DNA from: Lama guanicoe
Taxonomy: Eukaryota
Direction: 5' to 3'
Length of the DNA: 64,000 nucleotides
Assembly (NCBI GenBank): GCA_013239625.1
Contig: MU055549.1
Span: 6,885,693 to 6,949,692 of the forward strand
The first letter of the stretch is position 1. Each line of letters opens with the position of its first letter. The notes under the pieces were generated by a model. It was not told the DNA's origin and ran no database searches. It worked only from the letters and a program-made list of their open reading frames with translations. Below, in pieces: positions 61,940 to 64,000 of the stretch. Both the position numbers and the translations under genes were made by a program.

Positions 61940-62784
61940 ATCTTGTTAATCCTCCAAGTTCCTCATAGTGAAAAACAATTCCATGACACATGATTCATAC
62001 ACTTACATATACATAGGCTGGGGTTCACAGATACTTCGTAGGGCAATTTCCAAGATAATGCCAATAAGCCTTAATTACTATTAATCCAGGGAAGGTCTTT
62101 TTAAATGAGAAAATCTTTAGTTTACAAAATTTTTTGAGTCACTAAAATTAGTATTAGCAGGGCAGAGGGCCATAGGAGAGCTGTGGCCTCGTTCTCACCT
62201 GTGGGCCTCCACGTAGATCATTTCCTCTGCTGGACAAACACTGTCTCTGCCTAACAGAGAGCTTGTCTGTTCTTCAAGAATCAGGTCAAATGTCACCTCT
62301 TCCATGGAGCCTTTCTGGACTTTCACAGACGTTGCTGGCTGTGCTCTTCACTAGGCAAACTCGGTCTTTGGCATAGTGAGTTCCCGGACTTAGCCTTGCT
62401 ATTCTGTGTTGAGTTAGTGTCTCTCTCATATGGGTAATAGACCAACAGTCCACACTGATTTAGGTTTTGGGGGTGAGGGTGACTTCCCCTGGCCTTCTGC
62501 TCTGCTGCCAGGAGAGAGCAATATCAAGGGAACATTTCAGGCCTTTCCACCAGCCCCACCTCTAGAGGGAGGACTAATCAACCTCATTGATCTTCCCTCC
62601 TCCTCCCTGCCTCTCATCTAGACAGAAAGGAAACGAGGCAGAGACACATCCACAACATCTGGAACAGCTGCTGGGCTAGGAGGGGGAGGGGCAAGGTCTT
62701 TCAGGACTTACCTGCTTCACTACCCGGGTCCTTTAGCATGTTAGCCTTGAGCTTAAGAAAACCTAATTCTAAAATGCTTTTTAA

Positions 62785-63560
62785 TTAAAATGCAATTCCA
62801 ATTATAATAGCATCAAAAAGAATAAAATACTTAGGAATAAATATAACAACAGAAATGCAAAACTTATGCTCTGAAAACCACAAAATGTTCCTAAAAGAAA
62901 TTAAAGATCTAAGTAAATGGAAAAACATCCCATGTTCATGGACTAAAAGACTTAACATTATTAAGACGGCAAACTTGTCAAACTGAGCTACAGATTTAAC
63001 ACAATCCCTATCAGATCCTAGCTGACTTCTTTGTAAAAACTGCTGAGTTGATTCTAAAATTCATAGGAAATTGCAAAGGACCTGCAATAGCCAAAACAAT
63101 TTTGAAAAAGAGAACAAAGTAGGATTCACACTTCCCTTTCTCCAAACTTAACCACAGTGCAACAGTAATCGAGTTGGTGTGGTACGAGGATGAACTTGAA
63201 GCTCAGTGGAACAGAACTGAGAGTCCAGGAGTAAAACTTCATGTGAAGATGAACTGATTTTCAACAAGGGTGCCAAGACCGTTCAAAGGGGAAAGAACAG
63301 CCTTTTCAACAAACAGTGCTGGAACACAGCACATATTATATAGTCCACTCGTATGTGCCCAATATAGGGAGAGCTACACGGAGAGAAAGCCGGAAGTGGC
63401 TGCTTAGGGCTGGGATATGGGGGAGGTGACTAAATGGTGAGAGTGGCGCAGGGTCTTTTTTGGAGGCGATGGTATGTGAATGTACTAAAAACCACTAAAT
63501 TCCACACTTTGGGGGAACTGTATAATTATGGATGACATCTCAATAAAGCTGTTTTCAAAA
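62785..63560 (+). mobile_element. L1MB-type element: ORF2 fragment joined to the 3' end across an internal deletion (~63326)
   Basis: aaaatacttaggaataaat...aaatggaaaaacatcccatgttcatgg...ttcaacaagggtgccaagacc, then tgtactaaaaaccactaaatt...atctcaataaagctgtt. Confidence 0.85.
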
Positions 63561-63589
63561 CGTTTTAAGGCACACATTTAAGGGGAGTG

Positions 63590-64000
63590 ATAAAATATGG
63601 AAGGCTGACATATGACAGAGGTGGCGTTACAAGTCAGTAGGGGAAACGGGGGGCTATTAAAATATGGTATTGAAACAGCTGGTTATCCACAAAGAAAATA
63701 CAATTAAATCCCTGCCTCACACCATGCACGCACATCAAATTTAAATACTTTTAGAATCTGAACGTGCAAAGGAGCAAAACTTTAAAACTTCTGGAGGAGA
63801 ATTTCTAACTATGGGGAGGGGAGAAGGCCTTAAACAAGATACAAAATTCACAAATCACAACAAAAATGAAAATGAAAATTGGTTAGGTTAATAAATCTAA
63901 TCATATTAAATTTAAAACTTTTGTTCAATGAGACACCATAAACAAAGAGGAAAGACAAACCACAGTCTGGGAATAAATGCTTGCAACACAGACAACTGGC
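63590..64000 (+). mobile_element. Older L1ME-type ORF2 fragment, runs off the window
   Basis: ctggttatcca...cctcacaccat...aaaacttttgttcaatgagacaccataaacaaag...aaagacaaaccaca. Confidence 0.7.

Larger units (their letters stand above)
39144..64000 (-). other. LHPP: Distal part of the last LHPP intron
   Basis: No further canonical LHPP exon recognised; L1 fragments here are on +, antisense to LHPP. Confidence 0.85.

Noticed and set aside
1-64000. tRNA, rRNA, snoRNA, CRISPR array, processed pseudogene or intact autonomous transposon
   Set aside because: No such signatures seen; the DNA is mammalian and all TE copies are short and decayed. A covariance-model search was not possible, so small ncRNAs cannot be fully excluded.

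Overview
GC-rich placental-mammal genomic DNA (no Alu seen) spanning the tail-to-tail junction of FAM53B (+) and LHPP (-). Positions 1-30249 are the distal part of the last FAM53B intron. 30250-30612 is its terminal coding exon, followed by a ~3.7 kb 3'UTR ending after AATAAA at 34331. After a ~3.9 kb intergenic gap comes the LHPP terminal exon on the minus strand (CDS 39143-39047, AATAAA at 38307-38302). 39144-64000 is the last LHPP intron, with a 171-N assembly gap at 56960-57130. Only these two exons have credible coding support; the other ORF-track entries look like GC-rich noise. Every recognisable repeat is ancient (MIR, L2, L1M, MER5/20/58/63/102 types), and I see no lineage-specific SINE. 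Repeat family names and most repeat boundaries come from recalled consensus sequences and are approximate. I found no clearly new biological system. The best leads are: (1) several TE-free, homeodomain/PBX-HOX/CDX/TCF/nuclear-receptor motif-dense islands that could be long-range enhancers, plausibly for the neighbouring NKX1-2; (2) a candidate unannotated in-frame LHPP alternative exon behind a ~267-nt AG-free pyrimidine tract; (3) a 20-bp-period GC-box array just upstream of the FAM53B polyA site.
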